Part shown: positions 53,001 through 62,534 of the stretch, in pieces
Layout: each line of letters starts with the position of its first letter
Numbering within the stretch: position 1 is the stretch's first letter
NCBI GenBank assembly: GCA_963788655.1
Contig: CAWBHS010000088.1
Span: forward strand, 64,001-128,000
Direction: 5' to 3'
Source: an uncultured Verrucomicrobiae bacterium
Lineage (GTDB): Bacteria; Verrucomicrobiota; Verrucomicrobiia; Limisphaerales; JAFGQR01
Length of the DNA: 64,000 nucleotides
The notes under the pieces: generated by a model
The model's input: the letters and a program-made list of their open reading frames with translations, nothing else
The model's database searches: none
What the model was told of the DNA's origin: nothing
Program-made: the position numbers and the translations under genes

Positions 53001-53228
53001 GACCTCCCGGGGAATCACCACGCCGATGGGCACCTGGCGATAGTTCGAACCGTCGGTGGCGTAGAGCGCGCGCGACCCGGCGTCGAAGCGCACTTCACCC
53101 CGCAGGCGCCGGCGCAGCGCGCGGGCCAGGGCGGTGGCATCGACTTGCGCCGCGTCGCGCGGGCGGGCCGAGGCGGTGCGCGACGCGGGCGGGGGAGATT
53201 CGGTGTGGGTGTGGGTGTCAGAGGGCAT
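50031..53228 (-). CDS. FAD-binding / Fe-S oxidoreductase (GlcD-GlcF/YdiJ-type)
   Basis: 'RGGGTSLAGQ', 'SGEHGDG', 4Fe-4S motifs 'CVGVGKC...MCPSY' and 'CLACKGCKADCP', CCG domains. Confidence 0.93.
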   Translation of the reverse strand: MPSDTHTHTESPPPASRTASARPRDAAQVDATALARALRRRLRGEVRFDAGSRALYATDGSNYRQVPIGVVIPREVEDVMETVALCREFGAPILSRGGGTSLAGQCCNVAVVLDMSKYFNQVLEIDAARKLARVRPGLVLDDLQKETIRHQLLFGPDPATHNHCTLGGMIGNNSCGIHSVMAQFRGGGPRTADNVHELEVLTYEGHRMRVGRTSEAELARLIQAGGPQGRIYDQLRSLRDRYAGLIRQRFPNIPRRVSGYNLDELLPEKGFQVARALVGSESTCVTILEATMMLVPAPAARSLLILGYPDAYHAGDHVPEIMAHQPIGLEGIDDNLVSYMEKRGMHPKDVAILPPGRGWLFVEFGGESKADTDAQARALMAKLQANADRPSMKLFEDEAEERKMWEVRESGLGATAFVPSMKDAWPGWEDSAVPPEQVGEYLRRLRHLFDTYQYHAALYGHYGQGCIHCRIDFDLVTRAGLAKYRAFVEDASNLVLSLGGSLSGEHGDGQSRGELLSKMYGPELVRAFQEFKHIWDPQGRMNPGKIVNANPILSNLRLGTEYRPAEPATHFQFPEDQGSFARATLRCVGVGKCRRAEGGTMCPSYMVTREEQHATRGRAHLLFEMLQGDVLTDGWKSDSVKEALDLCLACKGCKADCPVNVDMATYKAEFLSHYYQGRLRPRTAYSLGLIYWWARLASKMPRLVNFFTQTEPFSSVGKKLAGVAPERHVPLFATQTFKQWFFRRAPRHPNGPRVLLWPDTFNNYLHPHVAQAMVEVLEDAGLRVIVPRTPLCCGRPLYDYGMLPTAKRLLRRVLDTLHDEIAAGTPLVGIEPSCLAVFRDELTGLFPHDQDALRLRQQAYTLAEFLENKLKDYRPPRFPRRALVHGHCHHQAIMKLACETKLFEQMGLDYELLSSGCCGMAGSFGFEADKYGVSVQCGERVLLPAVRAADAETLIVADGFSCKEQIKQLTSREALHVAEVLQLALRAGGHSRSSGRLNEFNKSDEPRPSGIKEIDESRQRDDGAAGNGEPDAGNSRRRRALTVAAAGAGVAAVAAGIILDRDRKQ

Positions 53229-54306
53229 ACTTGCTGGCATCGGTTGATTTCAATTCCAGACCTAAACCGGGGCGAGCCGGATCGGGCCGCAGTTCGCCGT
53301 GAGTGGCGGGGAGCGCGCCGTCAAAGAACATCGCTTCAATGCGCGCGTGATCATGAAAATACTCGACGTGTTCGGCGCCCGGCAGCGCGCAGCAGGGGTG
53401 CGCGTGCAGCGACGGCGCGGTGTGCGCCGACAGTGGCACCTGGAGGGCCGCGCCCAGCGCGCCCACTTGCAGGAACCCGGTGAGGCCGGCGCAGCGCGTG
53501 GCGTCCGCCTGCAGCACATCGACGGCTCCCGCCGCGAGCATTTGCCGGAAATACGGCAGGTCGTAGCCGTATTCACCGGCGGCAATCGCCATTCCGGCCG
53601 GCGCGCGATCGCGCAACAAACGCAAGCCGTCGAGATCATCGGAACTCACCGGTTCCTCGAACCAGTGTACCTGGTGTTCGGCGAACGCCTCGGCCTGGGC
53701 AATCGCCTGCTTCCGCGAATAGGCACCGTTGGCATCGACGAACAGCTCCGTCTGCGGGCCAATGGCTTCGCGGGCGGCCCGCACGCGCGGCAGATCGGCG
53801 GCGGGTTCGCGGCCGACCTTCATCTTGACGCGCGTGAAGCCGGCTCCAGCCCAACCGCCCAATTGGCGTTGCAGTTGTGGGATCGAGTAAGAGGTGAACC
53901 CGCCGCTGCCGTACGCCGGAATGGCCGCGCGGACCGCGCCCAGCAAGCGGAGCAAGGGCAGGTCCAGCAATCGCGCCTTGAGATCCCAGAGCGCCACATC
54001 GACCGCGGCAATCGCCATCGACGCCAACCCCGGCCGCCCGAGGTTGCGAATTGCCTGCACCATCTTCATCCAAAGTCCGGAGACGTTCATGGCGTCTTCG
54101 CCGCTCACCAAAGGACCCAGCTTGTCGCGGATCAGCACCGCGGCGCTGTGGTGCGCGTAGGTGTAACCGAGGCCCGCGCAACGGCCGGCGTGCGCCCGCA
54201 CCACCACCACGCCCGTGGCGTCCCATTGCAGCGTGCCGTCCGATTCCGGCGCGTCGGTGGGCACCTGATATGCGGTTACGTCGAGCCGTTCGAGCCGCGC
54301 TTCCAA
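53218..54306 (-). CDS. mandelate racemase/muconate lactonizing (enolase superfamily) enzyme
   Basis: 'AVDVALWDLKA', 'KMKVG', 'VDANG', 'WFEEP', 'AAGEY'. Confidence 0.9.
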   Translation of the reverse strand: MEARLERLDVTAYQVPTDAPESDGTLQWDATGVVVVRAHAGRCAGLGYTYAHHSAAVLIRDKLGPLVSGEDAMNVSGLWMKMVQAIRNLGRPGLASMAIAAVDVALWDLKARLLDLPLLRLLGAVRAAIPAYGSGGFTSYSIPQLQRQLGGWAGAGFTRVKMKVGREPAADLPRVRAAREAIGPQTELFVDANGAYSRKQAIAQAEAFAEHQVHWFEEPVSSDDLDGLRLLRDRAPAGMAIAAGEYGYDLPYFRQMLAAGAVDVLQADATRCAGLTGFLQVGALGAALQVPLSAHTAPSLHAHPCCALPGAEHVEYFHDHARIEAMFFDGALPATHGELRPDPARPGLGLELKSTDASKYAL

Positions 54307-54318
54307 TGACGGTCCTTT

Positions 54319-54921
54319 CTAGTCCACGCCCACGCCCACTTTCGCGCGGCTCGCAGCGCCGGCGCTGACCGGTTCGTGCCGTCCTTCGGCGAACTCTTCG
54401 ATCATCTTGCGATTGAAGGCGGGAAGGTCGTCGGGTTTCCGGCTGGTGACCAATCCCTGGTCCACCACCACTTCCTGGTCCACCCAAGTGGCGCCGGCGT
54501 TTTTCAAATCCGTCTGAATGGATTCGTAGGACGTCAGCTTCCGGCCCCGCACCACTCCGGCATCGATCAGGGTCCAGGGGCCGTGACAGATGGCGGCCGT
54601 GGGTTTGCCGGCTTCGAAGAAGGCGCGCACGAAATCCAGCGCCTGCGCATTGCGGCGCAAATGGTCGGGATTCATCACGCCACCGGGGAGCAACAACGCG
54701 TCGTAGTTGTCCGCCTTGGCCTGGGCCAGGGGCATATCGACGGGAAACGTGTCGCCCCATTCGGTGTGTTTCCAGCCTTTGACCTGGTTCCCGGAAGGCG
54801 CCACGATATCAGCGCGCGCGCCCTCGGCTTCGAGCGCCTTTTTCGGTTCGGTCAGTTCTTCCTGTTCAAAGCCATTGGTGACGAGGATCGCCACTTTCTT
54901 TCCGTTCAGTTTTTTGCTCAT
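54319..54921 (-). CDS. PfpI/DJ-1 family (type 1 glutamine amidotransferase-like) general stress protein
   Basis: 'GFEQEEL', 'LPGG', nucleophile elbow 'AICHGP', 'TSRKPDDL'. Confidence 0.95.
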   Translation of the reverse strand: MSKKLNGKKVAILVTNGFEQEELTEPKKALEAEGARADIVAPSGNQVKGWKHTEWGDTFPVDMPLAQAKADNYDALLLPGGVMNPDHLRRNAQALDFVRAFFEAGKPTAAICHGPWTLIDAGVVRGRKLTSYESIQTDLKNAGATWVDQEVVVDQGLVTSRKPDDLPAFNRKMIEEFAEGRHEPVSAGAASRAKVGVGVD

Positions 54922-54964
54922 AAAGAATCCATGGTTGAGGTTGATTTGCTTAGGGGATTGGCAT

Positions 54965-56755
54965 TCATCCTTTGGAGGGGGTGAACCGTTCCGCCAGATC
55001 TTTGAAGGATTGGAGGATGATGCCCCGCCAATCCCGGTCGCCCTTGGCCACGGCCAGTGCGTAGTTGCGGGCTTGTTTCACGGTGATGTGCGGCGGCAGC
55101 GGCGGCACGTCGGGATCGGTGTGCGCATCGACCACCACCGGGCGGTCGGCGTTCAACGCCTTGTCCCAAACCCGGCCCAGGTCGTCGGGGTTGTCCACGA
55201 CGACCCCCTGCAAGCCAAGCATGTTGGCGTAGTCGGCAAAGGAGAACGCCGGCACTTTCTGCGAGCCTTCGAATTTCGGGTCGCCTGCCAGCACGCGTTG
55301 CTCCCAGGTGACCTGGTTCAAATCGCGGTTGTTCAACACCAGCACGATCAGTCGCGGATCGCTCCATTCACGCCAGTACTTGGCCAGGGTGACCAGTTCG
55401 GCGTTGCCGTTCATCTGCATGGCGCCGTCGCCGACCAGGGCAATCGCCACCCGGTCCGGAAAAGCGAACTTGGCGGCGATCGCGTAGGGCACGCCGGGGC
55501 CCATCGTCGCCAAAGTGCCGGACAGGGAAGCCATCATGCCGCGGCGGAGTTTCAGATCGCGCGCAAACCAGTTGGCCGCGGAACCGGAGTCCGAACTGAT
55601 GATGCAATTGTCCGGCAACCGCGGCGAAAGTTCCCAAAAGACGCGCTGGGGATTCAGCGGGTTGGCGTCGTTCATGGCGCGCCCTTCCAGCACCTTCCAC
55701 GACTCGGCCACGCCCTGCTCGATCTTCGCGCGCCAACTGCGGTCGGTCTTCTTCTTCAACCACGGCATCAAGGCGCGCAGCGTCTCGGCACTGTCGCCCT
55801 GGAGTGGCACTTCCATCGGGTAACGAATGTTCAACATCCGGCCGTCGATATCGATCTGCACACCGCGCGCCTGGCCTTCCGCGGGAAGAAATTCCGAGTA
55901 GGGAAAACTGGAGCCGATCATCAGAAGCGTGTCGCACTGCGCCATCATGTCGTAACTGGGTTTGGTTCCCAGCAGGCCAATCGCGCCGGTGACAAACGGC
56001 AGGTCGTCCGGCACCGCGGCTCGGCCCAACAGCGCCTTGGCCACGCCGGCCCCGAGGATTTCGGCCACCTCAAGCACTTCGTCCGTCGCTCGCAACGCGC
56101 CCGCCCCGACCAACATGGCGACCCGCTGCCCCGCGTTCAAAACGTCGGCAGCCCGGCGCAGGTCCGCGTCGCGCGGCACCACCCGCGGCGAGGCAAAGCC
56201 CAGCCCGGAATGCACCGTGCCGTGTTTGCGGGGCGGTTCTTCCACGGCGTCCATCTCCTGCACGTCGTTGGGAACGATGATGCAGGTGACTGCGCGCGCG
56301 CTCCGCGCGACGCGAATAGCCCGATCGACCAAGTGCCGAATTTGCGCCGGCGTGGAGGCCATGTGAACGTATTCGTGGGCCACGTCCTTGAAGAGGCTGA
56401 TGAGATCCACCTCCTGCTGGTAGCTGCCGCCCAAGGCCGCCCGCGCCTGCTGGCCAACAATGGCCACGACCGGCTGATGATCCATTTGCGCGTCGTAAAG
56501 CCCGTTCAAGAGATGAATTGCGCCCGGCCCCGACGTAGCCATGCACACGCCCACGTCGCCGGTGAATTTCGCGTGGGCGCATGCCATGAACGCCGACATT
56601 TCTTCGTGCCGCACCTGGATGAACTGCATGCGGTCGGCCGCTCGCTCCAAGGCGCCGAGCAAGCCATTGATGCCGTCGCCGGGGAAGCCGTAGATGCGTT
56701 TGATATCCCATTGGAGCAAACGCTCGATCATGTGGTCGCCAACTGTTTTGGCCAT
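54965..56755 (-). CDS. thiamine pyrophosphate-requiring enzyme (pyruvate oxidase/dehydrogenase-like)
   Basis: 'GFPGDGIN', 'RHEE', 'TSGPG', TPP motif 'GDGAMQM...NN'. Confidence 0.93.
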   Translation of the reverse strand: MAKTVGDHMIERLLQWDIKRIYGFPGDGINGLLGALERAADRMQFIQVRHEEMSAFMACAHAKFTGDVGVCMATSGPGAIHLLNGLYDAQMDHQPVVAIVGQQARAALGGSYQQEVDLISLFKDVAHEYVHMASTPAQIRHLVDRAIRVARSARAVTCIIVPNDVQEMDAVEEPPRKHGTVHSGLGFASPRVVPRDADLRRAADVLNAGQRVAMLVGAGALRATDEVLEVAEILGAGVAKALLGRAAVPDDLPFVTGAIGLLGTKPSYDMMAQCDTLLMIGSSFPYSEFLPAEGQARGVQIDIDGRMLNIRYPMEVPLQGDSAETLRALMPWLKKKTDRSWRAKIEQGVAESWKVLEGRAMNDANPLNPQRVFWELSPRLPDNCIISSDSGSAANWFARDLKLRRGMMASLSGTLATMGPGVPYAIAAKFAFPDRVAIALVGDGAMQMNGNAELVTLAKYWREWSDPRLIVLVLNNRDLNQVTWEQRVLAGDPKFEGSQKVPAFSFADYANMLGLQGVVVDNPDDLGRVWDKALNADRPVVVDAHTDPDVPPLPPHITVKQARNYALAVAKGDRDWRGIILQSFKDLAERFTPSKG

Positions 56756-57140
56756 AGTCCGTTGTTCCTTTCGTTTGAGGGCGCCCGCCGCCGCAACGCG
56801 CCGCGCCCCTCGAGCCTCTTTCAGCATCCGATGTACCGTCACAGCGCGGGCTCCCGAAATGATTCACTTCACGCCGATTTGGCGGGGTCGCGCCTTCGCG
56901 AAACGCGCTCGGCACTTTGCAGATTGCAGCGTGGCACCGATGATCCCGTGCAACGTGCAAGGCAATGAAGGTGCGAATGTGGTTGCATGCGTTCGTCCCC
57001 GCCAACTTTGCGGGCGGGTACGCCGCAGTGCGGCGTCCTCTGCTCCGGTTGGTCTTCAACCCCGCCGCGCTCCCACAATGACAATCCGGCCCCCAGGCGG
57101 AAAGGGCGGGCAAAGCGGACGCTGCCGACAACGGCGATCC

Positions 57141-57299
57141 TCAGAGGTAGCCCAGCAAGAACAGGATCAACACGATGATCAACAAGGTGCCCAGCATGCC
57201 ACCCGGCCAATAACCCCAGGAGCGGCTATAGGGCCAGGCGGGCAGCGCCCCGATCAACAGAATGATCAGGAGGATCAGAACGAGGGTGCTCACGGTCAT
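57141..57299 (-). CDS. DUF3309 family small membrane protein
   Basis: 'LIGALPAWPYSRSWGYWPGG'. Confidence 0.9.
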   Translation of the reverse strand: MTVSTLVLILLIILLIGALPAWPYSRSWGYWPGGMLGTLLIIVLILFLLGYL

Positions 57300-57417
57300 A
57301 GTTTGGTTGTGGTTGTGCCGGCAGACCAAGTTCCCCGGCGGTTTCCTGCCTCACGCCGGCGGGCGTTTTGGCAGCGGGGCCCGCCTGTCGGCTGGTTACC
57401 TACCGCGCGGTTCTTCT

Positions 57418-57433
57418 AGCGTGGGCTGTGCCA
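57418..57433 (-). promoter_or_regulatory. putative sigma54-type promoter (TGGCACAGCCCACGCT)
   Basis: GG-N10-GC spacing with TGGCAC -24 box upstream of DUF3309; -12 box imperfect. Confidence 0.4.
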
Positions 57434-57664
57434 CACCCAATTGTGATTCGTAACAACCCGACGTTTGACTTCAGATACAGAGTCCCAGTTACATGGTCAC
57501 GTGCGAAGAACAACACAGCACCCGCGGACGCGCCCGGTTGAGGTTCAAGCGTTAGCTTGCATCAGGAATTTCGCTTCGCGCTCTGCGCCAAAACCCCTGG
57601 CAGACTCAGGCAGCAAGCCATTGTGGTTCCGGGGAAACATCCGGAGGTTGAACCGTGAGTTGAT

Positions 57665-58153
57665 ATGCTCTCCATACACACAATCATCGGCTCCGATCCG
57701 CACACCATCCGGTGGTGGCAGATGGCTATTCGGGCGCTGGTCATCTTTGGCGCTGCCTTTGTGCTGGTGCGGTTTGGGGGCGCCCGAATCTTTGGGAAGA
57801 AGACCATCTTCGACATTGTGCTGGCCGTGATGCTCGGCTCGATTCTTAGCCGGGCGTTGACGGCCAATGCGCCGTTTTTCCCGACGCTTGCCGCGGCCAC
57901 CGCCTTGGTGCTGCTCCACTGGATGCTGGCTCACTTGGCGTTCCGGCATCCGCGCTTTGGCAAGTTGATCAAAGGCACGGAACATCAACTCATCGCCGAC
58001 GGACATATTCTGCGTGACGCATTACGCCAGACCACGGTGACGGAGACTGACCTCATGGAATCGTTGCGCTCGACGCATGGGCATACCGACCTCCAGCGGA
58101 TCAAAGCCGCGTACCTGGAGCGAAGCGGGCAGATCAGTTTTGTGGAACAGTGA
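57665..58153 (+). CDS. DUF421/YetF family protein
   Basis: 'FDIVLAVMLGSILSRAL', 'LIADGHI', 'AYLERSGQISF'. Confidence 0.9.
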   Translation: MLSIHTIIGSDPHTIRWWQMAIRALVIFGAAFVLVRFGGARIFGKKTIFDIVLAVMLGSILSRALTANAPFFPTLAAATALVLLHWMLAHLAFRHPRFGKLIKGTEHQLIADGHILRDALRQTTVTETDLMESLRSTHGHTDLQRIKAAYLERSGQISFVEQ

Positions 58154-58155
58154 GT

Positions 58156-58812
58156 CTAGGCACTTGCGTGCTCCGTTCCGAAAGCACTGTCATCGCGCTG
58201 CCATAAGGTCGAAGCATCGAAGCTGGCCGAGGCCGCCGTGGTGAGAACAAAAACCGCCGTGAACGCCCACGCGCCGGCGCCGGCGACGATGGTCGCAATG
58301 TCGCCGAAATTGGCGAGAGCCAAAATGGACGCCAACAAAAACATCTCCATCGCGTTCCAGGACGAAACAGCGTGAATCAGGTCATAGGCGCGCCGGCGCC
58401 CGCGCAGCGCCCAACGACCCGGAGGGGCAAAGGACAAAAAGAGCAGCCCCACGATCTTGGCCAGCGGGGTGAGGAAACTGGTGGTGCAAACCAGCAAGCC
58501 TACCAGATACATTCCTGCCGAAAACAAATGCGCCACGCCATTGAGAATGGTCATCTTGCTGTGAGCCCCCAAGTAATCCACGACCGCGATGGGGAGCAGA
58601 TTGGCGGGCACATATAACGCCAGCGCGGCCAGCGCAAAACAACGCGTCCAGTATAAGCGCCGCCCGGCGTCACGGTACAACCGGGCGCCGCAACGTACGC
58701 ACACCGCGGTCTGGCTCGCTCCCACCGCGGGCCGCGTCTGCACCAATTCGCACAAATCGCAACGAACGATGCCGCTTTGCGGAGTCGCTTCGATTTCATG
58801 GAAAGAGTCCAT
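58156..58812 (-). CDS. pqiA: paraquat-inducible protein A (single domain)
   Basis: CxxC...CxRC motif, 'LYVPANLLP', TM helices. Confidence 0.85.
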   Translation of the reverse strand: MDSFHEIEATPQSGIVRCDLCELVQTRPAVGASQTAVCVRCGARLYRDAGRRLYWTRCFALAALALYVPANLLPIAVVDYLGAHSKMTILNGVAHLFSAGMYLVGLLVCTTSFLTPLAKIVGLLFLSFAPPGRWALRGRRRAYDLIHAVSSWNAMEMFLLASILALANFGDIATIVAGAGAWAFTAVFVLTTAASASFDASTLWQRDDSAFGTEHASA

Positions 58813-58818
58813 TAGCGG

Positions 58819-59799
58819 CTAGTCCCGTTCGATTTGTTGGAACCTCTGCCAGGCGTTTGAAGCTGCCGTCGGACTGGATGCAGCCGGTTTGTCTCCGCCG
58901 GTGGGAGGCGCGGGCCGCCATTGTTTCCATTCCTTCTGAGCTTGGGGAAACAGTCGAAACACATAATCGGGGGAGGCGGGCGGGGCCGGTTCCGCGGGCG
59001 TGGCAAACTCAATGCCGCCGGCAATCAGGGTTTTCAAATCTTGCAGGCGGATATCCACGCCGGAAAACAAGCCGGCGTTGATATCCAGGCCGGCAACATT
59101 CCAGAACTTTGAGTTGACGTGGACCAGGGGAGCAAAGGCGGGCCGGATCAACACTTGAAACGCCACCGCCGAACCATCCTTCGTCAGTTCATACGCCAGC
59201 ACCGAACCCACTTCGACGCCGCGATAATAAACCCGCGATCCCGCTTGCAAACCCGAACGCCGCGCCGCCAGCAAGCACAGCCGTAGCCCGCGCGGCGTTT
59301 CGGCGGTCTCTTCCGCCACCGGCGGCTGCTCGCGCCCGACAAAATGATCACAGCGTTCGGTGCTTTTGCCCAATTGCACCTCGAGGTAATTTTGCGACGT
59401 GATCGTCCCCAGCCCCTTGACTTCCGTGCCTGAGAAATGCGGCCGCACAATCCAAAACTCGGTCCCAGCCTTCGCCAGGTCCGCATATTCACCATTCAAG
59501 GTGGCCGTCACCAGGGTCGAATCGCGTTGTTCACTTAACGTGATCCGTTCCACCAGTCCGACTTGGAGGCCGCGAAACTTTAATGGAGACTTGCCGGGGG
59601 CGAGGCCGGACACATCATTGAACTGGATGGTAATCTCATGGCCGAACTCCGCATATTCCCGGTAGATCAACCAGGCCGTGATTCCGAGCGCAAACAGGGG
59701 CACCAGCCAGAACAAGCGCCAACCGCGGCGCGCGCGCACGCGGGCCGTGGGCAAGGCAGGGTTCGCCGGCTGATGCTCAGGAGGATTCTTGGTGCTCAT
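58819..59799 (-). CDS. pqiB: PqiB/MlaD family protein with two MCE domains
   Basis: 'WLVPL' anchor, MCE motifs 'GLAPGKSPLKFRGLQVG' and 'GLQAGSRVYYRGVEVG', 'SKFWN', 'GGIEFATP'. Confidence 0.85.
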   Translation of the reverse strand: MSTKNPPEHQPANPALPTARVRARRGWRLFWLVPLFALGITAWLIYREYAEFGHEITIQFNDVSGLAPGKSPLKFRGLQVGLVERITLSEQRDSTLVTATLNGEYADLAKAGTEFWIVRPHFSGTEVKGLGTITSQNYLEVQLGKSTERCDHFVGREQPPVAEETAETPRGLRLCLLAARRSGLQAGSRVYYRGVEVGSVLAYELTKDGSAVAFQVLIRPAFAPLVHVNSKFWNVAGLDINAGLFSGVDIRLQDLKTLIAGGIEFATPAEPAPPASPDYVFRLFPQAQKEWKQWRPAPPTGGDKPAASSPTAASNAWQRFQQIERD

Positions 59800-60409
59800 T
59801 GGATTCCCATAAAGCCGAAGCTTCGAAGGTGCCGGCCGCGGCTTTGGACAGCGCCACCAACAGCCCGAAGGCTACCGCGCCCGTGCCCGTATGCACGACG
59901 GCGACATCGCCAAACTTGACGATGCCCACCAGCAGCGACACCAGAAAAATTTCGTTCAAGCTCCACAGATTCACATATTGCACGACGCGATGAGCCAGGC
60001 GACGGACGGCAATCCACTGCGTGGGGCGGGTGAAGCCCAACACACCCCAGCCGAGCAACTGCAAGGCAGGCGCAACGAGAACGCCCAGAACGAAGAAGGT
60101 CCCAATGAAGTATTGCTGACTCTGATAAAGCCGGCCGGCCGCCTGCACGATATTGAATTGATTGTAGTTTCCCATGAAGACGACCGACGCGATGGGAAAC
60201 ACCATCGCCGGCACGTAAACGATTAACGCGCCCAGCACCAGCCAAGCCGTTCGCGAACGGGCCGCGGGTTTGAACCAGCCCAGCCGCGCGCCGCAACGGA
60301 CGCAATCGTACGCCGCTCCTGGCGGTGCCGGTCCCTGGCATTGGACCAGATGACAAACTTCGCACGCCATTACGGGCTTGGCTGGGGTTACGTCCGGTGG
60401 GTTTTTCAT
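59777..60409 (-). CDS. pqiA: paraquat-inducible protein A (single domain)
   Basis: 'CEVCHL...CVRCGA', 'WSLNEIFLVSLLVGIVK'. Confidence 0.85.
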   Translation of the reverse strand: MKNPPDVTPAKPVMACEVCHLVQCQGPAPPGAAYDCVRCGARLGWFKPAARSRTAWLVLGALIVYVPAMVFPIASVVFMGNYNQFNIVQAAGRLYQSQQYFIGTFFVLGVLVAPALQLLGWGVLGFTRPTQWIAVRRLAHRVVQYVNLWSLNEIFLVSLLVGIVKFGDVAVVHTGTGAVAFGLLVALSKAAAGTFEASALWESNEHQESS

Positions 60410-61644
60410 CGAAACCTTACGAGTGGATTGCCCGGCGTTTCCTCGCTGGCTGCGGAAATCATCGCGGCACCCGGCCCGGCGGATTGCTGCTGCCGGGCGG
60501 CAGGCGGTTCCGGCAGAAAGAAGAACAGGATGCCCAGGATCAGATACACCGAAAGCAATTGCACGCCTTCGAGCCAGTTGCTCTCGCCATCGCCGCTGAT
60601 CTGGCCGGCGATCCAAACCGCCAAGGTGAGGGCGGCAATTTCCGGCAGCGAAAATTCGAGGTCCATCGGCTGGCCAAAGGCGTAGGAAGCGAAGAGGAGG
60701 ATTGGCGTGACAAACAACGCCACCTGCATGCTCGAACCCACCGCGATGCCGAGGCTGAGGTCCAGCTTGTTTTTGAGCGCCATCATGACCGCGGTGGCGT
60801 GCTCGGCGGCATTGCCCACAATCGCCACCACCACGATGCCCACAAAGATCTCCGTCAGCCCCAAACTCTGGCGCGCGTCCTCGATGGAACTTACCAAAAA
60901 ATGGCTGAGCCAGGACACCAATGCCGTGGCCACCAATAAAATCACAAGCGCCTGGGGCAGCGACCAACCTGCTGGGGACTTGGTCTCCTTATTTCTGCCG
61001 GGAGGAGGGGTGGCCCCACGGAACAGGTGTTGGTGCGTGACCAAATAAAAGATCATCGAAACGCCGTAAGTGACGAACATCACCACCGCGATGCCGAGGG
61101 ACAACCGTTGTTCGGCCGGGCGGCTCCAACCGCCGGCGCGGGTGTCCGCGGCCAGATGAAAGACCGTTGGGATGATTAAGGCCACCACCGCCAAACTGAG
61201 GGAGGTGGCGGAAATGCGGGCGCCGGCTTTATTGAACGTTTGCCGCGGATAACGCAAACCGCCGGCGAGAAACGAGCCGCCCAACACCAGCAAAAGGTTC
61301 CCCAAAATGGAACCGGTTAAGGACGCTTTCACCACGGTAACCAATCCCTTGGATAAGGCCATAAGGGCAATGATCAATTCGGCAGCATTGCCGAAGGTCG
61401 CGTTCAACAAACCGCCCACCCCCGCGCCGGTGTGGGCGCCCAAGTGCTCAGTTGCCCGTCCCATCCAACCGGCCAGGGGAATGATCCCCAATCCGGCTAC
61501 GACGAATAACACCGTCGGTCGCTGCCACCCCGGCACATAGCGAATAGCGAAGGCAGCCGGGACGGCGATCAGCAGCGCATCGAGCGGCGACACTTCCAGT
61601 TGGCGCGCGAGAGACTGGAGACGGGTTATGCCGGTGTTCCCCAT
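60406..61644 (-). CDS. calcium/proton exchanger (CaCA family, Cax/ChaA)
   Basis: alpha-repeats 'NATFGNAAELII' and 'GNAAEH', 'GSSMQVALF', 'WLEG'. Confidence 0.95.
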   Translation of the reverse strand: MGNTGITRLQSLARQLEVSPLDALLIAVPAAFAIRYVPGWQRPTVLFVVAGLGIIPLAGWMGRATEHLGAHTGAGVGGLLNATFGNAAELIIALMALSKGLVTVVKASLTGSILGNLLLVLGGSFLAGGLRYPRQTFNKAGARISATSLSLAVVALIIPTVFHLAADTRAGGWSRPAEQRLSLGIAVVMFVTYGVSMIFYLVTHQHLFRGATPPPGRNKETKSPAGWSLPQALVILLVATALVSWLSHFLVSSIEDARQSLGLTEIFVGIVVVAIVGNAAEHATAVMMALKNKLDLSLGIAVGSSMQVALFVTPILLFASYAFGQPMDLEFSLPEIAALTLAVWIAGQISGDGESNWLEGVQLLSVYLILGILFFFLPEPPAARQQQSAGPGAAMISAASEETPGNPLVRFR

Positions 61645-61704
61645 GGAACTGGATCCCCTCCCACTGAACCTGGATCAGTTCCGGGTGATCGATGCTCAGG
61701 CCGA

Positions 61705-62070
61705 TCATTGCGCGGACGTCGAACCTTCATGTTCGTTGGGTTTGACGGTGATGTTGTTTTCGACGTTTTTAACGCCGGGCACCTGTTGAGCAACTTTGCC
61801 GGCCTGTTCCTTTTGTTTCTCGGTGGTAACAAAACCGCTGAGTTGAACGGTGCCCCGGAAGGTGGTTACCACCACTTCGTCCAGTTTGTACACCGGACTG
61901 TTTTCCAGCGCGTCTTTAACGCGTTCGGTCACGGCCTTGTCATCGATGTATTGGCCGGTGCTGCGATTGGCGTGCGTGCTGGCGCATCCCGCCACTCCGC
62001 CCAGACACAAGCTGAAGGCGACACCGAGCATGGCGCTGACGCTGACGAGTTTGTTTGATAATGTTTTCAT
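61705..62070 (-). CDS. BON domain lipoprotein (OsmY-like)
   Basis: lipobox VAGC, 'GQYIDD', 'GTVQLSGFV', 'VPGVKNVENNI'. Confidence 0.92.
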   Translation of the reverse strand: MKTLSNKLVSVSAMLGVAFSLCLGGVAGCASTHANRSTGQYIDDKAVTERVKDALENSPVYKLDEVVVTTFRGTVQLSGFVTTEKQKEQAGKVAQQVPGVKNVENNITVKPNEHEGSTSAQ

Positions 62071-62092
62071 GAATTACTTGAGTTAGTCTTGG

Positions 62093-62275
62093 TTAGTTTT
62101 TCTTGCGCGGCAGCCGTGTGCGCTTCGTTTCAGCCAAGTCTTGGAGCTGGGCTTTGCTCATGGAATCATACATCGACTTGGAGGCGCCTTTCAGGGAAGC
62201 CTTGCTGCGCTCCCCTTTTTTCGCCGACAGCGCGGCGCCGGCTGCCATTTGTTGTTTCTTTGATGTTGCGGGCAT
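62093..62275 (-). CDS. DUF3008 family protein
   Basis: 'MPATSKKQQMAAGAALSAK...LKGASKSMYDSMS'. Confidence 0.85.
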   Translation of the reverse strand: MPATSKKQQMAAGAALSAKKGERSKASLKGASKSMYDSMSKAQLQDLAETKRTRLPRKKN

Positions 62276-62325
62276 AATGAGGAATGTGTGCTACCCAGTT
62301 CGATTAACTGTCGGTCTTACCTTTA

Positions 62326-62341
62326 AGCCGGGCGCGTGCCA
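62326..62341 (-). promoter_or_regulatory. putative sigma54-type promoter (TGGCACGCGCCCGGCT)
   Basis: TGGCACG -24 box and GC at -12 with GG-N10-GC spacing, about 50 nt upstream of DUF3008. Confidence 0.45.
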
Positions 62342-62534
62342 GACTGGAGGAATGGGGCAATTCGGCAGCAACTGTCTCCAGGCCAAGCGAACAGACCCAC
62401 CTTTTGAATATCGAGCAACAAGTGTTCGGCGTGCAGAACGCAGTGAGTTCAGGATTCATGAGATGCACTTTGCAACGCTGCGCAGTGAGCGGGAGAACTT
62501 CCCCCGTCGATACGGCCCTCAATGCCGCTGCGAA

